Of a stretch of DNA of 64,000 bases, positions 25,050 through 38,097 are shown in pieces (the first letter of the stretch is position 1; the number at the start of each line of letters is the position of its first letter). The position numbers and the translations under genes were made by a program. This stretch comes from Squalus acanthias (lineage: Eukaryota), in assembly GCA_030390025.1 (NCBI GenBank), contig CM059425.1, positions 84,878,001 to 84,942,000 on the forward strand, given 5' to 3'. The notes under the pieces are model-generated. The model ran no database searches and was not told the origin of the DNA. It saw only the letters and a list, made by a program, of their open reading frames with translations.

Positions 25050-25335
25050 AACAACAGAAAGCGCTGGAAAAACTCAGCAGGCCAGGCAACATCCGTGGAG
25101 AGAGAAACAGAGTTAACGTTTCAGGTCGAAGACCCTTTGTCAGAACTGAGAAAAAAGCAGGAAATGAAACAGATGAAAAAGCAAGTTTGGGGGCTGGGAA
25201 ATGGGGGAGGGAATAAAAGAACAAAAGGGAAGGTCTGTGAGAAGTAAAGAGACATTAAGAGATATTCAAGGCGAGACGAGATGGTAATAGGACAGGTTAA
25301 GAAACAAAAGATGGCTCTAGATGAAGTGTGAAATG
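25050..25335 (-). mobile_element. Penelope terminal-repeat remnant with degenerate hammerhead core
   Basis: Same arm sequence as 3417-3610. Minus strand 25110-25147 reads AGTT-CTGACAA-AGGGTCTTCGACCT-GAAACGTT-AACT. Confidence 0.65.
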
Positions 25336-25399
25336 CGCTGGCAGAATGAAAGACAGCTGCCATGTGGGAGAGAGAAAAAAAGGAAAGGCACAAACCAAT

Positions 25400-26650
25400 C
25401 TGGTGGTAAGGGAGCATCTTGCAAATAGTGACCATACTGTGACTGAATTTGATACTAGGTTTGAGAAGGAAGAGGGAGTGTCACAAACCAAGGTTTTAAA
25501 TATAAGTAAGACAACCTTCAAAGGGATGAGAAATACATTGACCACAGTAAACTGGGCTGAACTATTATGGGTAAATCTAGGGGAAGTATTCAAAGAAGTA
25601 TTTGGTATGATACAAAACCAATGCATGCCCCTAAAAGGCAAAGATACCACTTGTGCATCGCCAATGAGGTAAGAGACAGTGTCAAGCTAAAAGAATAGGC
25701 TTAGACAACGGCAAGGAAAAATGGAAATCTGGTGGACTGGGAGAGCTACAAAAAGCAACAAAAGGACACAATGAAAGTAATAAGAGATGCAAAAAGGGAA
25801 TATGGAAAAACCTTGGAAGTAATATCAAATCTAACAAAGTTTTTTTATAAATATATTAAGAGATTGGTGAAGGGGAATGTGGGCCCATTAAATATGGAGG
25901 CAGATGACACTATAATCGATATTAAGGAAATAGCAGATTTTTTAAAATGAATACTTTCTATTTTTCACAGTGGAGTAAGAGGACCAGAGGTACAAGGGGA
26001 CCTAAAAATAAGTCAACTTAATGGATTTAATATAAGTAAAAGAATAGTAATGGAGAAAATAATGGGACTTAAGATAGACAAATGTCCAGGACTTGATGGT
26101 TTCCACCCCAGGGTATTAAAAAATAAAGGTGAGGAAATGGCAGAATCATTAGTCATAATTTCCAAAGCTTACGTGGATAAACTAGAGAAGCTGGGGTTGT
26201 TCTCCTTAGAGCAGAGAAGGTTGAGAGGAGATTTGATAGAAGTGTTCAAAATCATGAGAATTCTAGACAGAGTAGATAGAAAGTGTTCCCATTGGCGGTG
26301 ATTGGCAAAAGAACGAAAGGTGACATGAGGAAAAACTTTTTTACGCAGTGAGTGGTTAGGATCTGGAATGCACTGCCTGAAAGGGTGGTGGAGGCAGACT
26401 CAATTGTGGTTTTCAAAAGGGAATTGGATAAGTACCTGAAGGAAAAACATTTGCAGGGCTACGGGGAAAGGGCGGGGAAGTGGGACGAGCTGAAGTGCTG
26501 TTGCAGAGAGCCGGCATAGGCTGGATGGGCTGAATGGCCTCCTTCTGTGCTGTAACCATTCTATGATTCTATGAAGCTCTCTTCAGACTACAAACCTGTC
26601 AGTTTAACATCACTTATGCGGAAGTTACTGGAGTCTATCTTCAGAGACAG
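25400..26650 (+). mobile_element. Degenerate CR1 ORF2 fragment containing a younger nested CR1 3' end
   Basis: HLANSDH, FFYKYIK and DKCPGLDGFHPRVLK motifs. Nested piece about 26171-26574 closely resembles 1395-1835 and is flanked by AAGCT repeats. Confidence 0.85.
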
Positions 26651-26651
26651 A

Positions 26652-27305
26652 GGCCCCAATAAGCGGGGGGACAGTTTAGTGGCCGGAAGGACGGTCAAAT
26701 TCGGCAGGACCTGATTACCATTTTAGGAATCTGTTTTCCAGGCGTAGCCCGTAGCCGGCCAGATTGAGAAGCTGCCTGGTTCTCCGACGGTTAGGCCTTC
26801 AGCACCAGGCTGCAGCTGGAGAGGAGGGAGGCAGAGGTCGGGGGGACATCGATGGGGGGGGCCAGGAGAGATCGGGGAAGATGGGGAGAAGATCGTGGGG
26901 AGGGCCCATGGAGGAGATTGCAGAGGGGCCATGGAGGACATGAAGAGGGTGCGGGTGGGGAGGGAAATCATGGACCGTGGAGGACCGGGAGGGCATCGGA
27001 TTGCGGTGGAGGTGGGGGGGATCCGGTCACTAGTGAGGTTAACAAGGTAGCTTGGTGGGCTGGGGGGAAAGCACTCCTGCTCCTCCTGGCCCACAAGCAG
27101 TGCTGGAAAGGCACTTAGTGTTCTATCCAGCAATCCTTGCCTCCCTTCAGGTGCCCCGAGGCCCGGGAAACCCGCCCGGCCAGGGGTAAAGCTGGAATAG
27201 AGATAAAATCTTAGGCAAGCAGCCTCATTAACCTGTGTGCCCTCTCCCTCGGTCCCTGAGCCATCCTGCAACCTGCCTCTGTGTGCCAGCCAGCGCGTTC
27301 CACAC
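26652..27305. mobile_element. GC-rich non-autonomous DNA transposon remnant
   Basis: Core GCACTCCTGCTCCTCCTGGCCCACAAGCAGTGCTGG recurs at about 61934. Related pieces at about 31420-31735 and 60330-60525. Confidence 0.55.
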
Positions 27306-27308
27306 CTT

Positions 27309-30300
27309 CATAAGAACATAAGAAATAGGAGCAGGAGTAGCCCTTTCGGCCCCTCGAGCCTGCTCTGCCATTCAATAAGATCATGGCTGATCTTCTACCT
27401 CATCTCCACTTTCCTGCACTATCCCAATATCCCTTGATTCGCTTAATATCCAAAAAAATTTCGATCCCTGTCTTGATTATACTTAACGACTGAGACTCCA
27501 CAGCCCTCTGGGGTAGAAAATTCCAAAGATTCACCACCCTCTGAGTGAAGAAATTTCTCCTCATCTGAGTCCTAAACGGCTGACCCCTTATTCTGAAACT
27601 GTGACCCCTGGTTCTAGACTCCCCAGCCAGGGGAAACATCCTCCCTGCATCTACCCTGTCAAGCCCTGTAAAAATTTGTATGTTTCAATGAGACCACCTC
27701 TCATTCTTCTAAACTCTAGAGAATATAGGCCTAGTCTACTCAATCTCTCCTCATAGGACAATCCCCCCATCCCAGGAATCAGTCTGGTGAACCTTTGTTG
27801 CACTCCCTCTGGCAAGTATATCCTTCCTTAGGTAAGGAGACCAAAACTGTACACAATACTCCAGGTGTGCTCTCACCAGGGCCGTATATAATTGCAGTAA
27901 GACGTCTTTACTCTTATACTCAAATCCTCTTGTAATAAAGGCCAACATACCATTTGCTTTCCTAATTGCTTGATGTACCTGCATGTTAACTTTCAGTGAT
28001 TCGTGTACAAGGACACCAGATCCCTCTGAACACCAACATTTCCCAATCTCTCACCATTTAAAAAATACTCTGCTTTTTTATTTTCCTTCCAAAGTGGATA
28101 ACTTCACATTTCTCCACATTATATTCCATTTGCCATGTTCTTGCCCACTCACTTAGCTTGTCTGTATCCCCTTGAAGCCTCTTTGCATCCACCTCACAAC
28201 TTACATTCCCACCTAGCTTTGTATCATCAGCAAACTTGGATATATTACATTTCGTCCCCTCATCCAAATCATTGATATAGATTGTGAATAGCTGAGGCCC
28301 AAGCATTGATCATTGCGGTATCCCACTAGTTACATCCTGCCAACCCAAAAATGACCCGTTTATTCCTACTCTCTGTTTTCTGTCCGTTAACCAATCCTCA
28401 ATCCATGCTAGTATATTACCCCCAATCCCATGAGCCCCAATTTTGTTTAGTAACCCCTTGTGTGGCACCTTATCGAATGCCTTCTGAAAATCCAAATACA
28501 CCACATCTACTGGTTCCCCCTCATCTATTCTGCTAGTTACAACCTCAAAAACCTCTAACAGATTCGTCAAACTTGATCTCCCTTGTTGACTCTGCCTAAT
28601 CCTATTATTATTTTCTAAGTGCCCTGTTACCACGTCCTTAATAATAGATTCTAGCATGTTCCCTACTACTGATGTCAGGCTAACTGGTCTGTAGTTCCCC
28701 ATTTTCTCTCTCCCTCCTTTCTTAAATAGTAGGGTTACATTTGCTACCTTCCAATCCGTGGGAACCGTTGTAGAATTAATGGAATTTTGGAAGATGACAA
28801 CCAATGCATCCACTATCTCTATAGCCACCTCTTTTAAAACCCTAGGATGTAGGCCATCAGGTCCAGGGGATTTATTGGCTTTCAGTCCCATTAATTTCTC
28901 CAGTACTATTTTTTTACTAATATTAATTTCTTTCACTTCCTCATTCTCGCTAGACCCTTGGTTCTCCACTATTTTCAGGAGGTTTTTTTCGTCTTCTTCT
29001 GGGAAGACAGACACAAAATATTTGTTTAATTTCTCTGCCATTTCCTTATTCCCCAACATAATTTCTCCTGTGTCAGCCTGTAAGGGACCCACGTTTACTT
29101 TCGCTAATCTTTTCCTTTTTACATACCTATAGAAGCTTTTACAGTCTGTTTTTATGTCTCTCACTAGTTTACTCTCATATTCTATTTTCCCTTTCTTTAT
29201 CAATTTCTTGGTCCTCCTTTGCTGAATTCTAAAATCCTCCCAATCGTAAGGCTTACTAGTCATTTTGGCAACATTATAAGCCTCTTTCTTTAATCTAATA
29301 CTATCTTTAATTTCTCTTGTTAGCCATGGTTGGGCCATTTTTCCCATGGTGTTTTTATTCCTTAAGGGAATGTATATTCATTGCGAATTATTAATTATTT
29401 CTTTAAATATTTGCCTTTGTTTTTCTACTATCATATCTTTTAATCTAGTTTCTCAACTTACTTTAGCAAACTTGCCCCTCATACCTACATAGTTTGCTTT
29501 GTTCAGGTTTAAGACCCTAGTTTTGGACTTAACTAAGTCACTCTCAAACTCAACATAAAATTCTAACATTTTATGATCACTGCTCCCCAGAGGTTGCTTT
29601 ACTACAAAGTTATTAATTAACCCTGTCTCATTGTACAGTACTAGATCTAAAATGACCAATTCCCTCGTAGGTTCCTTGACATACTGATCTAGAAAACTAT
29701 CTTGAATGCATTCCATGAATTCTTCCTCTGCACTATTTCTGCAAATTTGGTTTGCCCAGTCTATATGAAGGTTAAAGTCCCCCATGATTACTGTATTACC
29801 CTTGTTACATGCATCTCTAATTTCCTGATTCATACTCTGCCTGACACTACAACCACTGTTAGGGGTCCTATAGACTACTCCCATTAGTGTTTTCTGCCCC
29901 TTGTTGTTTCTTAGCTCCACCCAAACTGATTCTACATTTTGTTTTTCTGAGCCAAGATCCTTTCTCTCTACTGTCTTTATTCCCTCCTTTATTATCAGGG
30001 CTACCCCTCCTCCTTTTCCATTCTGCATGTCTCTTCTAAAAGTCAAATATCCTGGAATATTTAGTTCCCAACCTTGGTCACTCTGCAACCACATCTCTGT
30101 AATGGCTATTAAATCAAACCCATTTATTTCTATCTGCGCTATTAATTCATCTATTTTGTTGCGAATGCTTCGTGCATTCAGATATAGTACCTTTAGCTTT
30201 AACTTTTTTCTATTTTTCCCTGATGTCACTTTAGTCACTACTACCCTATTACCTTTGTTAATCTCTCTGTCCCTTCCTGATCCACTCTGCTTATCTTTAC

Positions 30301-30365
30301 CCAGATCACTACTCTGCTCTACAGCCTTGACTGCTTTTGAATTTACCCTTTCCTGAACCCTCCCA
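27309..30365 (-). mobile_element. CR1 LINE, nearly whole ORF2 (APE endonuclease plus RT) with several frameshifts or stops
   Basis: ORFs 29453-30238 (LYLNARS, GDFN, SDH), 28310-29347 (NYRPVSLTS, YLDFQKAFDKVPH), 28058-28306 (FADDTK), 27751-27984 and 27400-27639; TTCTTATG tail. Confidence 0.97.
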
Positions 30366-31211
30366 CCTCCTCAGTGGAAGTGGTTGCGAGGAGCCCACAT
30401 ATACAGCTCCACAAAAATTGCATCGAATCAGCACTTGAGTGTTAAACTTGCAGGTTTCTGCTTTAGCCCCTCCAGGCAATTTCAAATTAGAACCAAAATT
30501 GTGTGCTAAAGCCAGACTTTCAGACTTGCACCCATTTAGTGCCTGTTTTGACCCTTTGGCCATAATAACCCCCTTGATCTTATGCAATTGCTGTTTTGAA
30601 AAACTCTATTTAATTGAAAAGACATTCTCAATATATGATAGAAAATTTATCACATTGTAATAACATTGTAACTAGTACCACAATCAACGGGGAATTGAAT
30701 AGTTTTGTCTCTCTGTCCCAGAGCTAAATATTCACACCAGCTCTTCAGCTCTTGATTTAAAGGAATGAGGATTTGGAGCAAAAATGGTCCATGAAATGAA
30801 TACTTCATTTCCCTGGAGGATGTTTTTCAGATGATAACCGATTGTATCCAGAGAGAAGTGGCAGCACAGATGCAACAAGGACCGAGTGTTAAAACATTGT
30901 TCACATTTTTGCTTCTGCCTTTTTTAAAGAGATCTCATACTCGCTGTGTGCAAAATATTTGATGAAAACAAGTTTTGCATAAGCCAAACAAATCAGCCAT
31001 TTACAGCCATGGTAGACTAACTCAGTTCATCAGTCATGCAGGCTTTGTAAAACACATACCTTGTGGTCTTGCAGTGCAATAATTTCTACCATATAATGAA
31101 ATACAGGTACTCGCTGCCTTTTCCACTTACTATTTAACAGCCATAACAATTAAGGAACACTGAGTGATTTTCTTTACAACGCTATCAAAAATTAGTATAA
31201 TGCGGTGAAGG

Positions 31212-31870
31212 AAGAACTTGTATTTGTTTTGCATTTGTCATGTTCTGAGGACATTCCAAGGCAGTGGATTACTTTTGAAGTGTAGTCACTATTGTTTATG
31301 CAGGCAAACATGGCAAGCAATTAGTGCACAGCAAGGGCCCACAAACAGCGAATGAGATAAACGGCCAGATAATCTGTTCGGGTGGTGTTGGTTAAAGGGA
31401 CGAGATTTGATCAGATGTGCGGGGAGGCCACAAAATCATAAGGAAATAATTATTTTGTGGGACCAGGCAGACCAGGAGTTCTGCACTGAACTCCAGAAGA
31501 ATAATGTGGGCCACTGCCGTTCCAGGCTTCCCCCTTTCCGCGATCCCCTTCCCCACTCCCCGACCTCCTTTCCTACCAGCTGGGTCAGCCTCCGGGCTGC
31601 CCGATATTGCGCTGGCCCAGAGCTGACTAGCTACAGCGGGGCTCCCGGTCGGGCATGCCGCTCACTGGCAGCACGGCCCTCGATATGGACCAGCCCTCCT
31701 GCCGGCGTTCCAACCACTGCCCGCTTATTCCGTGCCTGGAGTTCAAATCTACTTCAGAGTCTCATCTGAAAGACACCACCTCCGAGAATGAGGCACTCTG
31801 TCCCTCAATACCGCAGCAAAGTATCAGCCTAGCTTGCATGCTGAACGCCTGAGTTGCAGGGTCAACGCAC

Positions 31871-31901
<31 letters not shown>

Positions 31902-31912
31902 ACTGAGCCAAG
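31212..31912 (-). mobile_element. Deu-domain SINE split by a GC-rich MITE piece (about 31415-31735)
   Basis: Minus head TGGCTCAGTGGTAGCACTCTTGCCTCTGAGTCAGAAGG at about 31873-31910; 3' portion at 31212-31400. Confidence 0.75.
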
Positions 31913-32307
31913 TTAATACTGTACAGTTTATGAATTAGTGCTCCCTGATAGAGCTTCACAGGAAAACAGCAAATCAAGAATTTGGACATATGGGTGAGTT
32001 AGTCACACGTGATTTTCCACTTATTAATCTTGGTTGATGGAAAATTGTGCGAGCATGCTGATGACCACAATACATATTCCGGTTGCACAAAGCTTCACGG
32101 CATGAGCACTCATTCATAACATGAATATTACTGCCTCCACCCGTGCTTCTGCTTCTTTTCTAATCTGGCTGCCATTGCTTTGAATAAAATGTTATTGATC
32201 AATGGCTCTTTAGCTTCAGCACTGTGTAGGGTTTTTCCTAGGTTTGGAAGAATTGTTGTCCGAATCGTGTATCATGTTTTTAATAAGATCTTCCCAAATA
32301 GCCCGTC

Positions 32308-32875
32308 AACAAGAACTTGCATTTATATAGCATTTTGAACGTACTAAAATGTTCCAAAGCATTTCACAGGACTGTTATCAAACAAAATTTGACACCGAGC
32401 CATATGAGCAGATATTAGGACAGGTGACCAAAAGCTTTGTCAAAGAGGTAGGTTTAAAGGAGGTGGAGAGGTTTAGGGAGGGAATTCCAGAGCTTGGGCC
32501 TAGGCAGCTGAAGGCACATCCGCCAATGTTGGAGCGATTAAAATCAACGATGCACAAAAGACCAGAATTGGAGGCGTGCAGAGATCTTGGAGGGTTGTAA
32601 GGCTGGAGGAGATGAGGCCATGGAGGAATTTGAAAACAAGGATGAGAATTTTTAAATCGAGACATTGCCGGACCAGAAGCCAATGCAGGTCAGCGAGCAC
32701 AGGGGTGATGGGTGAAAGGGACTTAGTGTGAGTTAGAATTCGGGCAGCAGAGCTTTGGATGAACTCAAGTTTTTGGAGGGGGGAAGATGGGAGACAGGCC
32801 AGGAGAGCATTGGAATAGTCAAGTCTGGAGGTAACAAAGGCATGGATGAGGGTTTCAGCAACAGATGAGCTGAGG
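32308..32875 (-). mobile_element. L2-type LINE 3' fragment
   Basis: LADLHWLLVRQCLDLKILILVFK and GGCAFSCLGP motifs, plus L2 tail. Confidence 0.88.
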
Positions 32876-32894
32876 ATTGGAAAGGAACACTAAA

Positions 32895-33243
32895 GAACTT
32901 GCATTTATGAAGCACCTTTCATGACTCAGTGCTTCACAGCCGATGAAGTGTAGTCACTGTTGTAATGTAGGAAACGCAGCAGCCGATTTGTGCACAGCAA
33001 GGTCCCACAAACAGCAATGGCATTAATGACCAAATAGTCTGTTTTAATGATGTTGGCCAGGACACTGGGAAAACTCCACTGCTCCATGGGATCTTTTCTG
33101 TCCACCTGAGACGGCAGACATCTCATCTCATCCGAAAGATGACAACTCCAACAATGCAGCACTCCACTGAAGTGTCAGCCTGGATTATGTGCTCAAGTCT
33201 CTGGAGTGGGACTTGAACCTACGACCTTCTGACTCAAAGGCGG
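32895..33243 (-). mobile_element. Deu-domain SINE
   Basis: Minus GAGTCAGAAGGTCGTAGGTTCAAGTCCCACTCCAGAGACTTGAGCAC...CTTCGGATGAGATG, collinear with 9268-9728. Confidence 0.85.
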
Positions 33244-33669
33244 TCTTGCGTCTGTCTCAGAGGACTTTGAGGAAGGAAAAAGGGTAACTAATAATCTCCC
33301 TTTTCACTTGATAATACTGGAAATTTTAAATCCTTGAAAAAGTCTCTTAGTTTTTCTTCCAAAGAAGAACAAAGGATTCTCATAAAACCTTTCAAATTTG
33401 GTGCTAAAACCTCTGGAATTGTCTCTTGTCGTTCCATCTGATTTCACAGTTTCAATTTCCTCGGTAAGTGGATTTAGTTATCCAAAAGCTATATTCCGGT
33501 TTTTAGAAAATGTTTATTTCTCACTTGCTCGGAATCAAATTCAGTCTCTTTTCTCACACACATTCTTACTGAACTTCTTTAATATTTTCTGGTTTCTCAA
33601 CTCCCCTTTCCCTTTGTTTTCTCACATATTCCCGAACAGTAAACAAATTGATCTCTTCAAATACAAAGA

Positions 33670-33890
33670 GAAAAAAAACCTGTAAATGCTGCAAGTCTGA
33701 AACAAAGCAGAAACTGCTGGAATGGTGCAGACGCTTGGCGGACAGCTGTAAGGAGAAACGGCAGGCTAATGCTTCGGTATAATACTTTGCCAAGACTCAG
33801 GGTAACTCAGGGTTACACCCAAAATGTGGACCTCCCGTTTCTCTTCACTGATGTGAGGGAGCTGCTATGTATTTCCAGCATTTTTTGTAT
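33670..33890. mobile_element. Degenerate palindromic Penelope terminal-repeat insert
   Basis: AAATGCTG...CTGAAACAAAGCAGAAACTGCTGGAA and the inverted TTCCAGCATTTTTTG, as in 3417-3610. Confidence 0.55.
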
Positions 33891-34522
33891 GTGATCTCTA
33901 CAAATTGCTCTGTCAGCTTACAGGAAGATAATGCACTCAACCTCTAGGGTAGCATTGAAGATTTAAAAAAGTCTTTAATGTTTCTGAATGTACTGCATGA
34001 TAATAATCTTGCACTGAAATAGCACCAAGGGGATTCTTTAGATTGGACTAAAGTATTTAAATCTGCCTACACAGAGCCACAATATGATGTATTATTTATA
34101 ATCTATCAGTTTGTGTTGTCATTAGAGGCTTAGAAACCAGCAACGAGTTCACCCTACGGTATGTACAGTATCATACCGATCAAAATATGTAACTGTCATT
34201 CCCTGTAGGATGTTTGATCCACTTGATCCATCTCCTGCATCAAGACCCCAGAGTCCTCCCTGTTTGATTTTTCACTTGGCAAATACCCATCAACTACAAG
34301 GGATCTGGAACAGAATTCCACCGAGAATCAATGCGCCACCTTCCCATTTAAGTAATTGAATAGGTAACATCTGATGGTTCATGGCTAGGACATACTTGAG
34401 GTGAAATTATACATGAGCAGGGACACAAAACAGGCAGAGTCGCTTTTACCATCTGTTATGCTACATGCCGGATATTCAGTTCTATTAAAGTCAATATCGG
34501 GCAGGGTGTCTTAAGAGTCATG

Positions 34523-35415
34523 GGGGGAAAAATTCAGTTGGTTGCGCCTCCCGTTAGCGCCTTAAGAGGGCGCTAATGGGGCGCAAAATATCTAGTGCCC
34601 GGGCGCGGCGATGTTTGCGCCGCTCGCGAAATTAACTAGACATTTTGCGGCGGCGCTAAACACTACCACCACGATCTCCTGTGCCGGCAGATCGTGACGT
34701 CAGTCGAGTGCGCAACGCCCCGGTATCGCCCGGGAGCGGATATTGAGTGGCGCCCCCTGCCTTACCATCTGCCGCTAGCAACGACAGGTTGAGGGGAGCG
34801 TTTTGCAGTTAGGAAGGGACTAGGGGAGCGCTATTTAAAGGCGACCGCTTCCTGCCTTTTATTGTTGGTGACATTTTTGAACCACGCATTCTGAGAGAGA
34901 GAGAGAGAGACTTCTGGAGAGATTCAACGCTGTGTGAAGGAGTTTTGGGTACTGAGCAGCACTTTGCAGGTTCATTTTGATTTGCCCTTCCTTGTATCGA
35001 TTTAGAAGAGACTGTGGGGGCTGCACTCTGAGCTCTTTGCCTGGTACTCTCCATTGTTCTTTCCAGCAGATTTGATGTGCAGGTCTCTCCAGGCCGAGAT
35101 TCAAGGCTGCAATGAGCAGGATGTGGATGGAAAGCAAGATCAACCCTCCCCTTTAAGAACTGGCCCGCGCCATTGTGTGTGTGTTCCATTGCTGACTGAC
35201 ATCACATGAGCTTCGCCAGCGCTCTGAGGTAGCGCCTCGCTCCTCGGCCTTTGCGCCTTAAGACAGGTGTGAAGCGCCTGATTTAGCGCTCCAATCACCT
35301 CCAGGGGCGATAAAAGTCAAGCTTGCAGTCGGTGGCGATAATTAGCGCCAGGCGCTAATCTTTGCACCCGGCCGATAATTGCGCCCCAAATGGGGCGATA
35401 CTGAATTTCTCCCCC
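34523..35415. mobile_element. Harbinger-type MITE with GGGGGARAAATTC TIRs
   Basis: TIRs GGGGGAAAAATTCAG / CTGAATTTCTCCCCC with 3-bp flanks ATG/ATA. Inserted in the CR1 tail. Homologous to 58845-59633. Confidence 0.85.
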
Positions 35416-37497
35416 ATAGAGTTATACAGCACAGAAAGAGGCCCTTCGGCCCATCGTGTCCGCGCCGGCCATCAAGCCCTGTCTATTCTAATCCCATTTT
35501 CCAGCACTTGGCGTTTCAAGTGCTCATCTAAATGCTTCTTGAATGTTGTCAGAGTTCCTGCCTCTACCACCCTTTCAGGCAGTGAGTTCCAGATTCCAAC
35601 CACCCTCTGGGTGAAAAAGTTTTTCCTCAAATCCCCTCTAAACATCCTGCCCCTTACCTTGAAACTATGCCCCCTGGTTATTGACCCCTCTACTAAGGGG
35701 AAAAGTTCCTTTCTATCTACCCTATCTATGCCCCTCATAATTTTGTACACCTCAATCAGGTCCCCCCTCAACCTTCTCTGCTCTAAGGAAAACAACCCCA
35801 GCCTGTCCAGTCTCTCTTCATAGTTGAAGCGCTCCAGCCCAGGTAACATCCTGGTGAATCTCCTCTGCACCCTCTCCAATGCAATCACATCCTTCCTATA
35901 GTGTGGCGACCAGAACTGCACACAGTATTCCAGCTGTGGCCTAACTAGCGTTTTGTACAGCTCCATCATAACCTCCCTGCTCTTATATTCTATGCCTCGG
36001 CTAATGAAGGCAAGTATCCCATATGCCTTTTTAACCACCTTATCTACCTGTCCTGCTGCCTTCAGGGATCTATGTACATGCACACCAAGGTCCCTCTGAT
36101 CCTCTGTCCTTCCTAGGGTCCTACCATTCTTTGTGTATTCCCTTGCCTTGTTAGTCCTCCCAAAATGCATCACCTCACACTTTTCAGGGTTAAATTCCAT
36201 TTGCCACTGTTCTGCCCATCTGGCCAACCCGTCTATATCGTCCTGTAGCCTGAGGCTTCCCTCCTCGCTATTTACCACTCCACCAATTTTCGTGTCACCT
36301 GCGAACTTTCTGATCATACCTCCTACATTCATATCTACATCATTAATGTACACTACAAACAGCAAAGGACCCAGCACCAATCCCTGCGGTACAATACTGG
36401 ACACAGGCTTCCAGTCACAAAAACAACCTTCGACCATCACCCTGTGCCTCCTGCCACTAAGCCAATTTTGGATCCAATGTGCCAATTTGCCTGGATCCTA
36501 TGGGCTCTTACCTTCTTGACCAGTCTCCCATGCGGGACTTTGTCAAAAGCCTTACTGAAGTCCATGTAGGCTACATCAACTGCACTACTCTCATCCACAC
36601 ACCTAGTCACCCTCTTGAAAAATTCAATCAAATTGGTTAGACATGATCTCCCCCTGACAAAGTCATGCTGACTATCCTTGATTAATCCTTGCCTCTCCAA
36701 GTGGAGACTAATTCTGTCCCTCAGAATTTTTTCCAATAATTTCCCTACCACTGATGTTAGGCTCACTGGCCTGTAATTCCCTGGTTTATCCCTACTACCC
36801 TTCTTGAATAATGGTACTACCTTAGCTGTCCTCCAGTCCTCTGGCACCTCCCCTGTGGCCAGAGAGGTTCTGAAAATTTGTGTCAGTGCCCCTGCTATCT
36901 CCTCCCTTGCCTCACACAGCAGCCTGGGATACATCTCATCTGGGCCTGGGGATTTATCCACTTTTAAGCCTGCTAAAACCGCTAGTACCTCCTCTCTCTC
37001 AATACTAATTTGTTCAAGTATATCACAATCCCCCTGCCTGATTTCTATGCCTACATCGTCCTTCTCCATCGTGAACACATATGCAAAATATTCATTTAAA
37101 ACCTCACCCACATCTTCCGGCTCTACACATAGATTGCCACTTTGGTCCCTAATGGGCCCTACTCTTTCCCTGGTTATCCTCTTGACCTTAATATACTTAT
37201 AAAACACCTTGGGATTTTCCTTTATTTTGCCCACCAGTGTTTTTTCATGCCCCCTCTTCGCTCTCCTAATTTCTTTTTTAAGTACCCCCTTGCACTTCCT
37301 ATACTCCTCTCGGGCTTCCACTGTTTTTAGTCCTTTACAGCTGCCAAAAGCCTCCCTTTTTTTCCTAATCCATTCTTGTATATCCCTTGACATCCAGGGT
37401 TCCCTGGGCTTGTTGGTCCCACCCTTGACCTTTACGGGAACATGTTGGCGTTGTACTCTCTCTATTTCCTTTCTGAAAGACTCCCACTGCTCTGACA
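35416..37497 (-). mobile_element. CR1 LINE, RT and C-terminus with one frameshift
   Basis: ORFs 36437-37393 (NYRPVSLTS, YMDFSKAFDKVPH) and 35472-36485 (VPQGLVLGP, RPQLEYCVQFWSP). Confidence 0.97.
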
Positions 37498-37644
37498 GGT
37501 GATCGATGCGATACCGTCTGTTTTGCGTCCTTGCTCATGTGCAATTTTACCCCCATACACTGAGAATCAATCTATTCTAATTTAAGCAATTAGTCATTCA
37601 TCAAGTTTGCCCACTGCTTGGTACCTTTCTCTTAAAGGAATGTT

Positions 37645-38097
37645 TTAATCGTTCACAGGATGTGGGCATCACTCATCACAAGGCCAGCATTTATTGCCCA
37701 TCCCTAATTGCCCTTGAGAAGGTGGTGGTGAGCCGAATTCTTGAACCGCTGCAGTTCATGCTTCTTTGTAGCGGTTTGGTATAACCGAGTGTCTCGCGAG
37801 GCCATTTCAGAGGGCAGTTAAGAGTCAACCACATTGCTGTGGGTCTGGAGTCACATATAGGCCAGACCAGCAGATTTCCTTCTCTAAAGGACATTAGTGA
37901 ACCAGATGGGTTTTTACGACAAACCGGCAGTCTCATGGTCACCATTACTGACACTAGCTTTTGATTCCAGATTTATTTAATTAACTGAATTTAAATTCCC
38001 CAGCTGCTGTGGTGGGATTTGAATTCACGCCTCCAGATCATCAGTCCAGATCTCTGAATTACTAATCCAGTAACAATACTACTATGCTACCGTTCCC
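37645..38097 (-). mobile_element. tRNA-derived SINE with 3' tail shared with the LINE at 14037-14435
   Basis: Head GGGAACGGTAGCATAGTAGTATTGTTACTGGATTAGTAAT...GAATTCAAATCCCACC; tail CACCTTCTCAAGGGCAATTAGGGATGGGCAATAAATGCTGGCCTTG. Confidence 0.8.

Larger units (their letters stand above)
34397..37554. mobile_element. Small palindromic MITE (about 170 bp) split by a CR1 and a second MITE
   Basis: Left GAGGTGAAATTATACATGAGCAGGGACACAAAACAGGC is the inverted match of right GTCTGTTTTGCGTCCTTGCTCATGTGCAATTTTACCCC. Confidence 0.7.

Noticed and set aside
26723-27271. 182-aa proline-rich ORF, and similar ORFs antisense to LINEs
   Set aside because: Arise from GC-rich MITE interiors or antisense LINE frames; no recognisable domains.
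33365-33469. Strong donor CG/GTAAGT with an upstream acceptor
   Set aside because: All three frames of the candidate exon contain stops, and there is no other support.
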